From Mantamonas sphyraenae STR306 (Eukaryota; Protista; CRuMs): 64,000 nucleotides of DNA. Position numbers and translations under genes: made by a program. Of the stretch, positions 44,081 through 55,270 are shown piece after piece. A model generated the notes under the pieces. That model made no database searches. It was not told the origin of the DNA and was given only the letters and a program-made list of their open reading frames with translations. The stretch covers positions 248,001-312,000 of the forward strand of contig JAPMXV010000005.1 of the NCBI GenBank assembly GCA_026936335.1, in the 5' to 3' direction. The stretch's first letter is position 1, and every line of letters begins with the position of its first letter.

Positions 44081-46417
44081 TTAGGCGGCCATCCAGAGGC
44101 GGGAAAAGTCGTTGACCCGCTTCAGGACGGCAAGATCGTTGACAAACCGCTGCTGGACCTGAGCAGACAGCTCTGGGTCGGAGGAAGCAAGCAGACACAG
44201 AGCATCGATGGCCGCAGAGGGCAACAGACGTTCCCAGGAAAGCAATGGGATGACCATGGAGCTGTCCAGATTCTCGATGATGGCGGCGACGACAAGTTCG
44301 GTCATGCCGGGGAGGAGCAGCTCGTCGGCCACGGCGAGGACGCCCATCACGTCTTCGCCCCACTCGTCGATGGGTTTGAGTTGTCCTGTGTACGCGTAGT
44401 GGATGGCGACGCGGAGGGCCAGAATGTCGACGTCGTTCAAGGCAAATTGATCCTGGTCGGCCTCCTTGAAGCCGTCCTCAAAGGCCATGCGGAAGTATTC
44501 GCTGACGGAGGCCAGGATGCCGCGCGAGGCGTGGATGCTCCCGCCGGTGGCCACGAGTTCGATGTCACTGTACGCCTTGTTGTCGAGCATGTGTGCGAGA
44601 TGAGGGGCAGAGAAGGATTGCGAGGAGAGGGTCGACACAAGCATGCTACCCGTGGGACCAAACTTGTCCCAGATGTCCAAGTCGAGAAGGGCCACGAGAG
44701 ACATGTCGGCGCTGCTCTGGTGGACCTCGGCTCGCCAGAGTTCAAAGGAGTCTGCGGTTGCGGGCGTGTTTGCGTGGTGGTTGCGTGTGGCCAGCCTGTT
44801 CATGGGCCTCCAATGCTCGTTGGCGTCACGTCCGCTGAGGAAGCCGCCCGTGGCTTGGTTGCACAGGCGCAGTTGCATCTTTGTGTGGCCGCGTTCCACC
44901 CTCCACACAGCTGTGTCCAGGCCCACGTCGTTCAGATCGTCCTCCGACACCCACAACACAGGCCATTTGGACGATGCATTGTTGGACGACAGGTAGCGAC
45001 CTGTGGAGGCGTCGTAGAGCATGACGGCGTTGGGTTCCGTGGCACCCTTTTCGGCTGCATCCACCACGGTGAGGACCGTGGCCTCCAGAGAGGTGCTCAA
45101 CTCGGGGTCACCCTTGGAGTTTGTGCCCAGATGCCCTCCCAGGCGCACGTAGCCGAGGGAGATGACGTTGCCCGGCGTGGCTGGGTTTTCATCCTGCTGC
45201 TGGAGCAGAGAGAACAGGTTTGCCTGCGCCTCCATCCACACCGACTTCCAGTCGCCACTCTCGCAGTACGAGGCGTTGCCGCCGTCCTGGAACATGACGA
45301 TGTTGAGCTCCTCAAAGGAGTCGCATGTTGCAGGGGTCCCCTTGATGTGGTTGCGAGTCCAGCAGCGATTGCGGGCCCAGCTTTCGTTGCGCATGGACAA
45401 AGCCCCTCCTGTGGCCTGGTTGATCAAATAGGTGGAACTCTGGCCATCCAAGGGCTTGACCAGCTTCCATGTCTTCTCGAGGTCGTCTTCCACCTCGCTG
45501 CGGTCGACAAACTCAATCATCAGGTCTGTGCTCTTCTTGCTCACCATCAGCCGCTCCGAGTCGCGATGGAGCACCTCAAACATCATGGGAGCCACGCATG
45601 TGAACATCAGCTCGGCATCCTCACGCTTCACCTCTTCTTCCAGGTCGACCATGGTGAGCGTGCGGTTCTGCACCACCAGCTGCTTGCGCCACAGGACGCT
45701 GTACATGCGCGCAAGAAACATGGAACCGGGTTCGGTTTGCACATATTCACGCACCTGTGTGACAATCTCGGCCATGTTGAAGGCCAGCGACGTCCTGTCT
45801 ACATGTTGGACCACGCGAAGCGCCTGGTAGCCCTTGCAGGCTGCTGCCTCGCCGTCTGCGTTTACACACGTCCAGCAACGCCCTTGGGCCCACTGCTCGT
45901 TTGTGGGTCGCACGTTGAGGGCGCCGTGTGTGGCCTGGTTGACGAGATACTGGTTTTCGCCAATCGACGACCAATCCCAGCGCGTGCATGCCTCGTCGCA
46001 CTCGAGCTCGTCAGGGATGCCAAACACAACGCCCATATCACCTGGCTCGCTGTAGGCAACAGTGCCGCTGGCCGGGTGGTGCAGCTCAAGGGTGTTGACG
46101 CCGACAAAGTGGAATTCGAACGAGTCGGCATGCTCGTCTTTGGCCTCCTCTAGCAGGCCCACAGGCACGAGATAGTCGTCACGCTTGATAAGGCGCTTTC
46201 CGCCATGGGCAATGCCAAAAAGGGTCACCTCAATCGTCGTACCGGCCAAGTATAGGGTGTCGGCGTGGAGTTGGACTTGCACAAAGTCTTGGGAGGAGGA
46301 GGAGGAGGAGGATGAGGAGGAGAAGGAGGAGAAGGAGCTGGAAGATGTTGCAGAGAACATAGAACTGGACAGCGGCACTTCGTCTGCAGAGACAGAGCGT
46401 GTGACGCGGTTGCCCAT
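44081..46417 (-). CDS. Putatively myristoylated three-repeat + C-terminal BTB/POZ protein
   Basis: MGNRVTRS start; three NQATxG repeats; BTB motif YSDIELVA...HASRGILASVSEYFRMAF...YAYTG. Confidence 0.8.
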   Translation of the reverse strand: MGNRVTRSVSADEVPLSSSMFSATSSSSFSSFSSSSSSSSSSQDFVQVQLHADTLYLAGTTIEVTLFGIAHGGKRLIKRDDYLVPVGLLEEAKDEHADSFEFHFVGVNTLELHHPASGTVAYSEPGDMGVVFGIPDELECDEACTRWDWSSIGENQYLVNQATHGALNVRPTNEQWAQGRCWTCVNADGEAAACKGYQALRVVQHVDRTSLAFNMAEIVTQVREYVQTEPGSMFLARMYSVLWRKQLVVQNRTLTMVDLEEEVKREDAELMFTCVAPMMFEVLHRDSERLMVSKKSTDLMIEFVDRSEVEDDLEKTWKLVKPLDGQSSTYLINQATGGALSMRNESWARNRCWTRNHIKGTPATCDSFEELNIVMFQDGGNASYCESGDWKSVWMEAQANLFSLLQQQDENPATPGNVISLGYVRLGGHLGTNSKGDPELSTSLEATVLTVVDAAEKGATEPNAVMLYDASTGRYLSSNNASSKWPVLWVSEDDLNDVGLDTAVWRVERGHTKMQLRLCNQATGGFLSGRDANEHWRPMNRLATRNHHANTPATADSFELWRAEVHQSSADMSLVALLDLDIWDKFGPTGSMLVSTLSSQSFSAPHLAHMLDNKAYSDIELVATGGSIHASRGILASVSEYFRMAFEDGFKEADQDQFALNDVDILALRVAIHYAYTGQLKPIDEWGEDVMGVLAVADELLLPGMTELVVAAIIENLDSSMVIPLLSWERLLPSAAIDALCLLASSDPELSAQVQQRFVNDLAVLKRVNDFSRLWMAA

Positions 46418-47985
46418 GGTGGATGTCTTGGTGGAGTTTGCGGAAAAACGCAAATCGGGTGGTGCGGCCACATCGCCGTTGTGTGCAGTGAAGATGGCTC
46501 GGAATGGGTATGGGGTGCCCTTGTGTGTGGGTGTGTGGGTGCTGGGGACTGGCTGCAGCCCCCACGTTGAGACAACCCGAATTCGGACTCGTGAAATCAT
46601 GACGACAGAGTTGTTGAAGAAGAACCTGAAAGCTGCTGAGGAGTATGATCAAATCAGCGAAGATGTGAGTTGTTTGGGGGTTCTCAGGCCGGTGGTGGGG
46701 CGTGGGAGGGTTTTGCACGAAACGGTGGAGAGCCGAGTCTCCAGCCCGTCTGCAGACGTCAGGATTAGGGTTGCAGAGGCCCTACACTATGCGATTGGTC
46801 GACAATGCTCTAAAGGAGCCATGCATTGTGTTTTGTCCTCGTGGAATGGTCGTGTGCACAGGAGGGTGCCCGTTGGCTGACACCTTCGTAACACAACGCG
46901 TTTTTGGCAAAAACCAAGTATGCCGAGAGCAAACTCCTTCCATACAGGGAGCACATCGAGAAGTACACCCTGTTGAAGATGCTGGATGGGTACAAAGGCG
47001 CACGCGTGCTCGATCTGGCATGCGGGGAAGGATTGTGAGTGGAGAATGTTCTGCGAAGCCGACTTTTTTTCCAACAAACCAACACCAGCAAAATTGCTGT
47101 GCAAGACCTCACTGACACCCAAACAGCTACACGCGCATCATCGCTCGTTCGGGGGCATTTGAAGAGGTTGTCGGTGTGGACATTAGCGGCGAAATGATCG
47201 CACTGGCAAAGGAAAAGGAGGAGGCCGCTCCTCTGGGGATCGACTTCCGCAAAGGCGACGCCCTGGCTCTGACACCGGAGGACATTGGCACCTTTGATGT
47301 GGTTGTGGCCACCTTTCTGCTCAACTACGCGCAGGATGAGGAGACGCTGCGCGGATTCGTCCAAACAGCAAAGAGCCTCTTGAAGGATGGGGGTGTGTTC
47401 ATGGGACTGAATGACAACCCCGCCAACAAGGTCGAGAACTATCTGCTGTACGACAAGTATCACTTCGTGAAGATCGACAAGCACAACGGCAAGGAAGGCG
47501 GCACGATCACCTACGAGTACCGCAATCCTGGCGGCAACACCTTCTCGTTCTCAAATTACTTCTGGAAGCCCACCACCTACGAAGCAGCATTCAAGGACGC
47601 CGGATTCTCCTCCATGGAATGGGTTCAGCCACAAGTCGACGCCAAGGGGATCGAAGAGTTTGGCGAGGAACATTGGCAGCTCTTCCTCGAAGATCCAGCC
47701 ACCATCCACTTCCAGGCTTGCTGAACGAGCCACGAGGCATGCAACTGTTGTTCCTGTGTGCAAAACAAAAGGAGATGAGGCAGCAACCACAGTCGTCATT
47801 CATTTTGACCCTCTTGCAATTCACGCCGTCACCTCCACCTCCTCGCCAGCATTGAACTCGTCGATGCGTGCCAACTGGCGCGACACCAGTTGCTTGTAAA
47901 TCCCATCCTGTGCCAGCAATTCGTCGTGTTTGCCCAATTCCGCCACACGACCCTTGTCCAGCACCGCAACGCAATCAGCGTCCTT
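45465..47985. repeat. Tandem segmental duplication, copy A (2521 bp)
   Basis: Near-identical to 47986-50521; junction reads cagcgtcctt|ttccatgtc. Confidence 0.95.
46599..47724 (+). CDS. Class I SAM methyltransferase, ToxA-like, copy A (exons 46599-46664, 46919-47034, 47127-47724)
   Basis: YDQISEDYAESKLLPYR...VLDLACGEGFYTR...VVGVDISGEMI...FDVVVATFLLNYA...LKDGGVF. Confidence 0.88.
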
Positions 47986-48950
47986 TTCCATGTCTTCTCG
48001 AGGTCGTCTTCCACCTCGCTGCGGTCGACAAACTCAATCATCAGATCTGTGCTCTTCTTGCTCACCATCAGCCGCTCCGAGTCGCGATGGAGCACCTCAA
48101 ACATCATGGGAGCCACGCATGTGAACATCAGCTCGGCATCCTCACGCTTCACCTCTTCTTCCAGGTCGACCATGGTGAGCGTGCGGTTCTGCACCACCAG
48201 CTGCTTGCGCCACAGGACGCTGTACATGCGCGCAAGAAACATGGAACCGGGTTCGGTTTGCACATATTCACGCACCTGTGTGACAATCTCGGCCATGTTG
48301 AAGGCCAGCGACGTCCTGTCTACATGTTGGACCACGCGAAGCGCCTGGTAGCCCTTGCAGGCTGCTGCCTCGCCGTCTGCGTTTACACACGTCCAGCAAC
48401 GCCCTTGGGCCCACTGCTCGTTTGTGGGTCGCACGTTGAGGGCGCCGTGTGTGGCCTGGTTGACGAGATACTGGTTTTCGCCAATCGACGACCAATCCCA
48501 GCGCGTGCATGCCTCGTCGCACTCGAGCTCGTCAGGGATGCCAAACACAACGCCCATATCACCTGGCTCGCTGTAGGCAACAGTGCCGCTGGCCGGGTGG
48601 TGCAGCTCAAGGGTGTTGACGCCGACAAAGTGGAATTCGAACGAGTCGGCATGCTCGTCTTTGGCCTCCTCTAGCAGGCCCACAGGCACGAGATAGTCGT
48701 CGCGCTTGATAAGGCGCTTTCCGCCATGGGCAATGCCAAAAAGGGTCACCTCAATCGTCGTACCGGCCAAGTATAGGGTGTCGGCGTGGAGTTGGACTTG
48801 CACAAAGTCTTGGGAGGAGGAGGAGGAGGAGGAGGAGGAGGAGGAGGAGGAGGATGAGGAGGAGAAGGAGCTGGAAGATGTTGCAGAGAACATAGAACTG
48901 GACAGCGGCACTTCGTCTGCAGAGACAGAGCGTGTGACGCGGTTGCCCAT
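47829..48950 (-). CDS. Chimeric truncated copy of the BTB-protein N-terminus with an out-of-frame ABCB-derived tail (may be a pseudogene)
   Basis: Matches the 44081-46417 gene up to KTWK, then reads the duplicated ABCB 3' end in a shifted frame to a stop at 47829; lacks the BTB domain. Confidence 0.75.
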   Translation of the reverse strand: MGNRVTRSVSADEVPLSSSMFSATSSSSFSSSSSSSSSSSSSSSSSQDFVQVQLHADTLYLAGTTIEVTLFGIAHGGKRLIKRDDYLVPVGLLEEAKDEHADSFEFHFVGVNTLELHHPASGTVAYSEPGDMGVVFGIPDELECDEACTRWDWSSIGENQYLVNQATHGALNVRPTNEQWAQGRCWTCVNADGEAAACKGYQALRVVQHVDRTSLAFNMAEIVTQVREYVQTEPGSMFLARMYSVLWRKQLVVQNRTLTMVDLEEEVKREDAELMFTCVAPMMFEVLHRDSERLMVSKKSTDLMIEFVDRSEVEDDLEKTWKRTLIALRCWTRVVWRNWANTTNCWHRMGFTSNWCRASWHASTSSMLARRWR

Positions 48951-50521
48951 GCTGGATGTCTTGGTGGAGTTTGCGCAAACACGCATCAACAAATCGGGTG
49001 GTGCGGCCACATCGCCGTTGTGTGCAGTGAAGATGGCTCGGAATGGGTACGGGGTGCCCTTGTGTGTGGGTGTGTGGGTGCTGGGGACTGGCTGCAGCCC
49101 CCACGTTGAGACAATCCGAATTCGGACTCGTGAAATCATGACGACAGAGTTGTTGAAGAAGAACCTGAAAGCTGCTGAGGAGTATGATCAAATCAGCGAA
49201 GATGTGAGTTGTTTGGGGGTTCTCAGGCCGGTGGTGGGGCGTGGGAGGGTTTTGCACGTCACGGTGGAGAGCCGAGTCTCCAGCCCGTCTGCAGACGTCA
49301 GGATTAGGGTTGCAGAGGTTGCCACACTATGCGATTGGTCGACAATGCTCTAAAGGAGCCATGCATTGTGTTTTGTCCTCGTGGAATGGTCGTGTGCACA
49401 GGAGGGTGCCCGTTGGCTGACACCTTCGTAACACAACGCGTTTTTGGCAAAAACCAAGTATGCCGAGAGCAAACTCCTTCCATACAGGGAGCACATCGAG
49501 AAGTACACCCTGTTGAAGATGCTGGATGGGTACAAAGGCGCACGCGTGCTCGATCTGGCATGCGGGGAAGGATTGTGAGTGCGAGAATGTTCTGCGAAGC
49601 CCCCTTTTTTTTTTTTCCAGCACACAAACACCAGCAACAAGACCTTACTGACACCCAAACAGCTACACGCGCATCATCGCTCGTTCGGGGGCATTTGAAG
49701 AGGTTGTCGGTGTGGACATTAGCGGCGAAATGATCGCACTGGCAAAGGAAAAGGAGGAGGCCGCTCCTCTGGGGATCGACTTCCGCAAAGGCGACGCCCT
49801 GGCTCTGACACCGGAGGAAATTGGCACCTTTGATGTGGTTGTGGCCACCTATCTGCTCAACTACGCGCAGGATGAGGAGACTCTGCGTGGATTCGTCCAA
49901 ACAGCAAAGAGCCTCTTGAAGGATGGGGGTGTGTTCATGGGACTGAATGACAACCCCGCCAACAAGGTCGAGAACTATCTGCTGTACGACAAGTATCATT
50001 TCGTCAAGATTGACGGTCACAACGGCAAGGAAGGCGGCACGATCACCTACGAGTTTCACAACCCCGGAGGCAACACCTTCTCGTTCTCAAATTACTTCTG
50101 GAAGCCCACCACCTACGAAGCAGCATTCAAGGACGCCGGATTCTCCTCCATGGAATGGGTTCAGCCACAAGTCGACGCCAAGGGGATCGAAGAGTTTGGC
50201 GAGGAACATTGGCAGCTCTTCCTCGAAGATCCAGCCATCATCCACTTCCAGGCTTGCTGAACGAGCCACGAGGCATGCAACTGTTGTTCCTGTGTGCAAA
50301 ACAAAAGGAGATGAGGCAGCAACCACAGTCGTCATTCATTTTGACCCTCTTGCAATTCACGCCGTCACCTCCACCTCCTCGCCAGCATTGAACTCGTCGA
50401 TGCGTGCCAACTGGCGCGACACCAGTTGCTTGTAAATCCCATCCTGTGCCAGCAATTCGTCGTGTTTGCCCAATTCCGCCACACGACCCTTGTCCAGCAC
50501 CGCAACGCAATCAGCGTCCTT
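47986..50521. repeat. Tandem segmental duplication, copy B (2536 bp)
   Basis: Near-identical to 45465-47985, with small indels and clustered substitutions. Confidence 0.95.
49138..50260 (+). CDS. Class I SAM methyltransferase, ToxA-like, copy B
   Basis: Same exon structure as copy A; six amino-acid differences in the last exon (D/E, F/Y, K/G, Y/F, R/H, T/I). Confidence 0.88.
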
Positions 50522-52485
50522 GACCGTGCTGAGACGGTGCGCAATCACAAGCACAGTGCGTCCCACAGCAAGTCTGTCCAGTGCCTCTTGCACCAGATGC
50601 TCGCTCTCTGCATCCAATGCACTCGTCGCTTCGTCCAGCAACAGAATGCGCGGGTTCATCAGCAGCGCACGTGCAATTGCAATCCTCTGCTTCTGCCCGC
50701 CGCTCAAACGCACGCCACGCTCGCCCACCAGCGTGTCCATCCCTGCAGGGAACGTTTCGATGTACTCGAGTGCGTTTGCATCGCGCGCCGCCGCGTAGAT
50801 CTCTTCGTCCGTCGCGTTCACCTTTCCGTACGCAATGTTCTGTGCAATTGTGCTCGCAAACAGAACTGGCTCTTGGCTCACCAGTGCCATTTGGGTGTGC
50901 AACCAGCTCGGGTCCAACTCTCGGATGTCCCTTCCGTCGATCAGCACCCGGCCGCCGTCCACGTCGTAGAACCGTTCGATCAGATGCGCAATGGTGCTCT
51001 TTCCCGCACCCGACTGGCCCACCAGCGCAAGAGTCTTGCCCGGCTGCAGATCTAGCGTCAGTCCACGAAGTACAGGCACGTCCTCCCGCGATGGGTACGT
51101 GAAGTGAACGTCCTCAAACTGCACACGGCCCTCCACACGCGGCAGTGTCGCCCCCTCCTTCAGCGGCACACGCGGCTTCCTGTCCAACAGGTCAAACACA
51201 CGCTCCGATGCACCAGCTGCCTTCATCAGCTCCGTAAACAGCGAACTGATGGCCACCAGAGCGCCACCCACATTCAACGTGTACAGAATGAACGAGGTCA
51301 GGCCGCCTGCGGTCATTTCCCCATCCAGCACTAGTGTGCCTCCGTAGAAGAGCACGGCAAGCATGGCCAGGTACGCCACCATGCCAATCACGCCGCTCCA
51401 TCCTCCATACGCCAGGCCGCGGATCTTGGCCAGCCGGTAACTCTCGTCCACCGCCTCGTTCATCAATCGCATCTCGTGATCCTCACCGGAGAACGACCGC
51501 ACGGTGCGCACGTTGGAAATGCTGTCGCTTGCGGTTTCGTTGGACACAGCCAAAGCGTCCTGCACCTGCTTGGAGATCTTTTGCACAAACTTGCCGTACA
51601 ACACCGCCCCGATGCTCACCACGGGCACGCAGCTCAGCATGACCAGCGTAAGCTTCCACGACAGCACAAACAGCACCGTCAGACCGCCCAGTGCCTGCAG
51701 CGAGTACCGCAGCGCCATGGAGATGTTCACCGTGGCCATGTTCTGAATCACCGTCGCATCCGAGCTCAGCCTGTTCAACAGCTCTCCCGTCCGTGTCACG
51801 TCAAAGAAGCCCACTTCCTGTTGGATGATGGCCGCAAACAGATCCTTGCGCAGGGTTGCCACCACACGTTCGCCAGCAATGGTGAACAGCGACGCGCGGA
51901 AGAAGCCCATGATGCTCGTAAACACGCTCACCAACACCAGTTGCGTCACCGTCTCGTCCAACAGAGCACGTCCGTTCTCCGGATGTGTGATGGCGTTGAT
52001 CACATTGCCAATCAGATACGGAAACACCAGCGCCGAGGCGCTGTACAGCAACAGACACAATGTTGCCAGCGCCAGCAGCTTCGACTCACGTTTGGCCATT
52101 CCAATGATACGTGCAAGCACGTCCGATGTCATCCGCTTGTCCTGTTCAACCATCCGGCCCCTCCACGTGTCAGCCGGAAAATTCGTGCTTCCCTTCCCAC
52201 CGGGCGCCTTCCGCCCGCCTCTCTCTTGTTGCTTACGTTGTTCTCCTCCTCCTTCTCCTTCATTGCCTTCAACGCTGCCCGTTCCTTCTCCTTTCGCTGT
52301 CGCCACAAGTCGCCATCGCTCTCCTCCTCGTCCTCCTCGTCGCCGGCGCCCACCACCTTCCGCGTCGCCGCATAGCCGCTCTCCTGCGAATACAGGCTCA
52401 CTTCTTGCATGTGCAGCACCACGTCGTCCTTTTCCTCCCCCTCCACGTCGTCTTCGAGCACTGCAAACTTGTTGTGCGTGGGCAT
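50357..52485 (-). CDS. ABCB half transporter, TAP/ABCB10-like (intron 52236-52142)
   Basis: FTIAGERVV, FFDVTRTGELLNRL, GQSGAGKST, LSGGQKQRIAIARAL, LLLDEATSALD, IAHRLSTV. Confidence 0.93.
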
Positions 52486-52644
52486 GACTTGGCCCCTCTC
52501 CCGCACCTTGCCCAACACACCCTTGCACGGGAGCTGTTCTCTCCACCGAGCAACTCATTCCCGCTTCACCCTTTTCCTGCCCCTGTGCATGCACCTTCCC
52601 CCTCCTCACCCCTTCGCGCCGGACATCCCATCCAAACACACGCC

Positions 52645-55231
52645 ATGTCCGTTGCCGAACAACTCGAACCGGGCCAGGTGCCAGCTGACGACAGCCAGCA
52701 GGGCACCAAACGCAAACGCATGCTGGACGAACACGACGTGTATGCTGTCCGCCATGACGAGGACAGCGACCGCCGTGCGGCTCGCCTGGAGGCCAAGGAG
52801 GCCGAACGCGACGAACGCCATCGCGAACGTCGCCACAGACGCAGGAGCAGCAGCAGCAAACACAGAGACCACAAACACCGCCACCGACGACGCCACCGCC
52901 GTAGCAGACACCATAGCGACAGCGACAGCGACAGCGACAGCGATCGAAGCCGCAGCCGCAGCCGAAGCAGCAGACACCACAGACATCGTCGTCGCTCAGG
53001 CTCTCGTTCTCGCTCCCGTCGTCACAAGCCCAGCAGCAGCAGCAGCAGCAGCAGTAGCTCCTCCTCCTCCTCTTCTTCCTCCTCTTCTTCTTCTTCTTCC
53101 TCCCGTCGCTCCCGCTCACCCGAGCACAAGTCTGCAGAGCCCGCGGTGGACCCCGAGCAGCAAGAGGCCGATCTGCGGAAGTTGCGCGCGGGCATGTACG
53201 TACCGCCCCACCGCATGCGCGCCCTGCGTGACAAAATGGCCCAGCAATCCGACGAGGACCAACAACGCATGTCCTGGGACAACTTGAAAAAGACCATCAA
53301 CGGCATTGTCAACAAGGTATGTCTTATCGGGTCCCCCCGTCCACCTTGCGCGCTCTTTTCCCACTCTCCGAACCCCTATTTCACCCACGTCCTCATCCCA
53401 ACCCCCCTCACCTTTGCCTCTGCTCACCCTTCTCAATGTCCTTTCTCTCTTCCCCACCGCACCCACCGTCCTCGTGTTCCCACAGGTCAGCGAAGGCAAC
53501 ATTGTGCATATCATCCCAGAGCTCTTCCAGGCCAATCTCGTCCGTGGCCGCGGACTTCTCTGCAAGGCCCTCCTTCAGGCACAGGGCACCTCTGTCGGCT
53601 ACTCCCATGTCTATGCCGCCGTCACCGCCATTGTCAACAGCAAGTTGCCCGAAATCGGCGAGCTCCTCTTGACACGCCTCATCCTCCTGTTCAAGCGCTC
53701 CTTCCGCCGCAACGACAAAGCCCGCCTTATTTCCAGCACCGCCTTTATTGCCCACCTCGTCAACCAGCAGGTTGCCTCGGAATTTGTCGCCCTCCAAGTC
53801 CTCACCCTCCTGCTCGAGCGACCCACCAACGCCTCTGTCCAGGTTGCTGCCAGTTTCATGAAGCTCTGCGGTGCCACCCTCAATGACCAGATCCCGCGAG
53901 GCCTTCATGTTGTCTTTGAGTCCTTTCGCAACATCCTCCTCGAGGGTGATATCGACTCCAAGACCCGCTACGTCATTGAGGACCTCTTTGCCGTGCGCAA
54001 GGCAAACTTTGACGACTTTCCAGCCATCACCCCGCAGCTCGACCTCGTTGAGGACGACGACCGCATCACTCTCGATCTGACCCTCGAGGACGAGGACCTC
54101 GACAAGCAGGATCACCTTGACGTCTTTCGACTCGACGACGACTTTGCCGAGCACGAGGCGCAATATGCCCAGCTCCGTGCAGAGTTCCTCGGCGAAGACT
54201 CGGACGATGACGATGATGACGACGATGATGATGATGATGATGATGATGATGACAGCGACGATGCTTCTGAAGAGGCTGACGACGAAGCTGAAGCCGGGGC
54301 AGGGAACGCCGGCCAATTCTCTTCCGCCGGCATGCCCTCATCCTCCTCCTCCACCACCTCGGAGGCCATGAAGACACAAGTGATCCACGATCTCACCGAG
54401 ACCGAGCTCATCAACCTGCGCAGGCAGCTGTACCTGGCCGTCATGTCCTCACTCAACTTTGAAGAGTGCGCACACAAAATCCTGGGTCTGGACATCCCAA
54501 ACGGCCAGGAGGTCGAAGTGGCCAACATGATTCTCGAATGCTGCTCCCAGGAGCGCAGCTACCAAAAGTTCTACGGCCTGCTGGGCAACCGCTTCTGCCA
54601 CGTCAGTCGCACCTACCAGGCGTGCTTCCAGTCTGCCTTTGGCGAACAGTACGCCAACGTTCACAACCTCGAAACCAACAAGGTCCGCAACACTGCCTTC
54701 TTCTTTGCAAACGTCATGAACCTTGACGGCCTCGACTGGTCCTGTCTCCAGGTCATCCGCCTCACCGAAGAGGACACCACCGCCTCCCAGCGCATCTTTA
54801 TCCGCTTCCTCTTTCAGGAGCTCAGCGAGAACATGGGTCTGCCCTCCCTCAACGAACGACTCGTCAACATGGACCCGGTCCTCCTCGCAGGCCTGTTTCC
54901 CTCCACCGATGCACGCCACATGCGCTTCAGCATCAACTTTTTCACAAGCATCGGTCTCGGTGGCCTCACCGAGACCATGCGTGTTCAGCTCAAGAATCTG
55001 CCCAAGCAGCAGCTTGCCGAACAGCTTGCCGCTGCGCGTGCTGCCGCCGAAGCCGGTGACTCCAGCGATTCTGACAGCAGCAGCCTCTCCGATAGCAGCA
55101 GCCTCAGCTCCAGTAGCAGCTACACCTCTTCTTCCTCACGCACAGGCTCGTCATACACCTCCAGCTCCTACTCTGGCAGCAGTGGCGAGAGCGACGCAGG
55201 TGGCCCCAATGACAAGCGAGCGCGTCATTGA
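52645..55231 (+). CDS. CWC22: Pre-mRNA splicing factor CWC22 (intron 53317-53485)
   Basis: RS-rich N-terminus; GMYVPP, QRMSWDNLKKTINGIVNKV, NLVRGRGLLC (MIF4G); MSSLNFEECAHK, RFSINFFTSIGLGGLT (MA3). Confidence 0.95.
54204..54252 (+). repeat. (GAT/GAC)n microsatellite encoding poly-Asp in CWC22
   Basis: Run of gacgatgacgatgatgac... read directly from the sequence. Confidence 0.9.
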
Positions 55232-55270
55232 ACTTGTTTTCCATGTGTCCATTCCTCCCTCTCCCCCTCT

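Noticed and set aside
46763-46772. TTAGGG telomere-like motif
   Set aside because: Single copy inside an intron (repeated only by the duplication); no array.
45465-50521. The duplication as a transposon or LTR element
   Set aside because: No transposase or reverse transcriptase, terminal inverted repeats or target-site duplication; the unit is made of host gene fragments.
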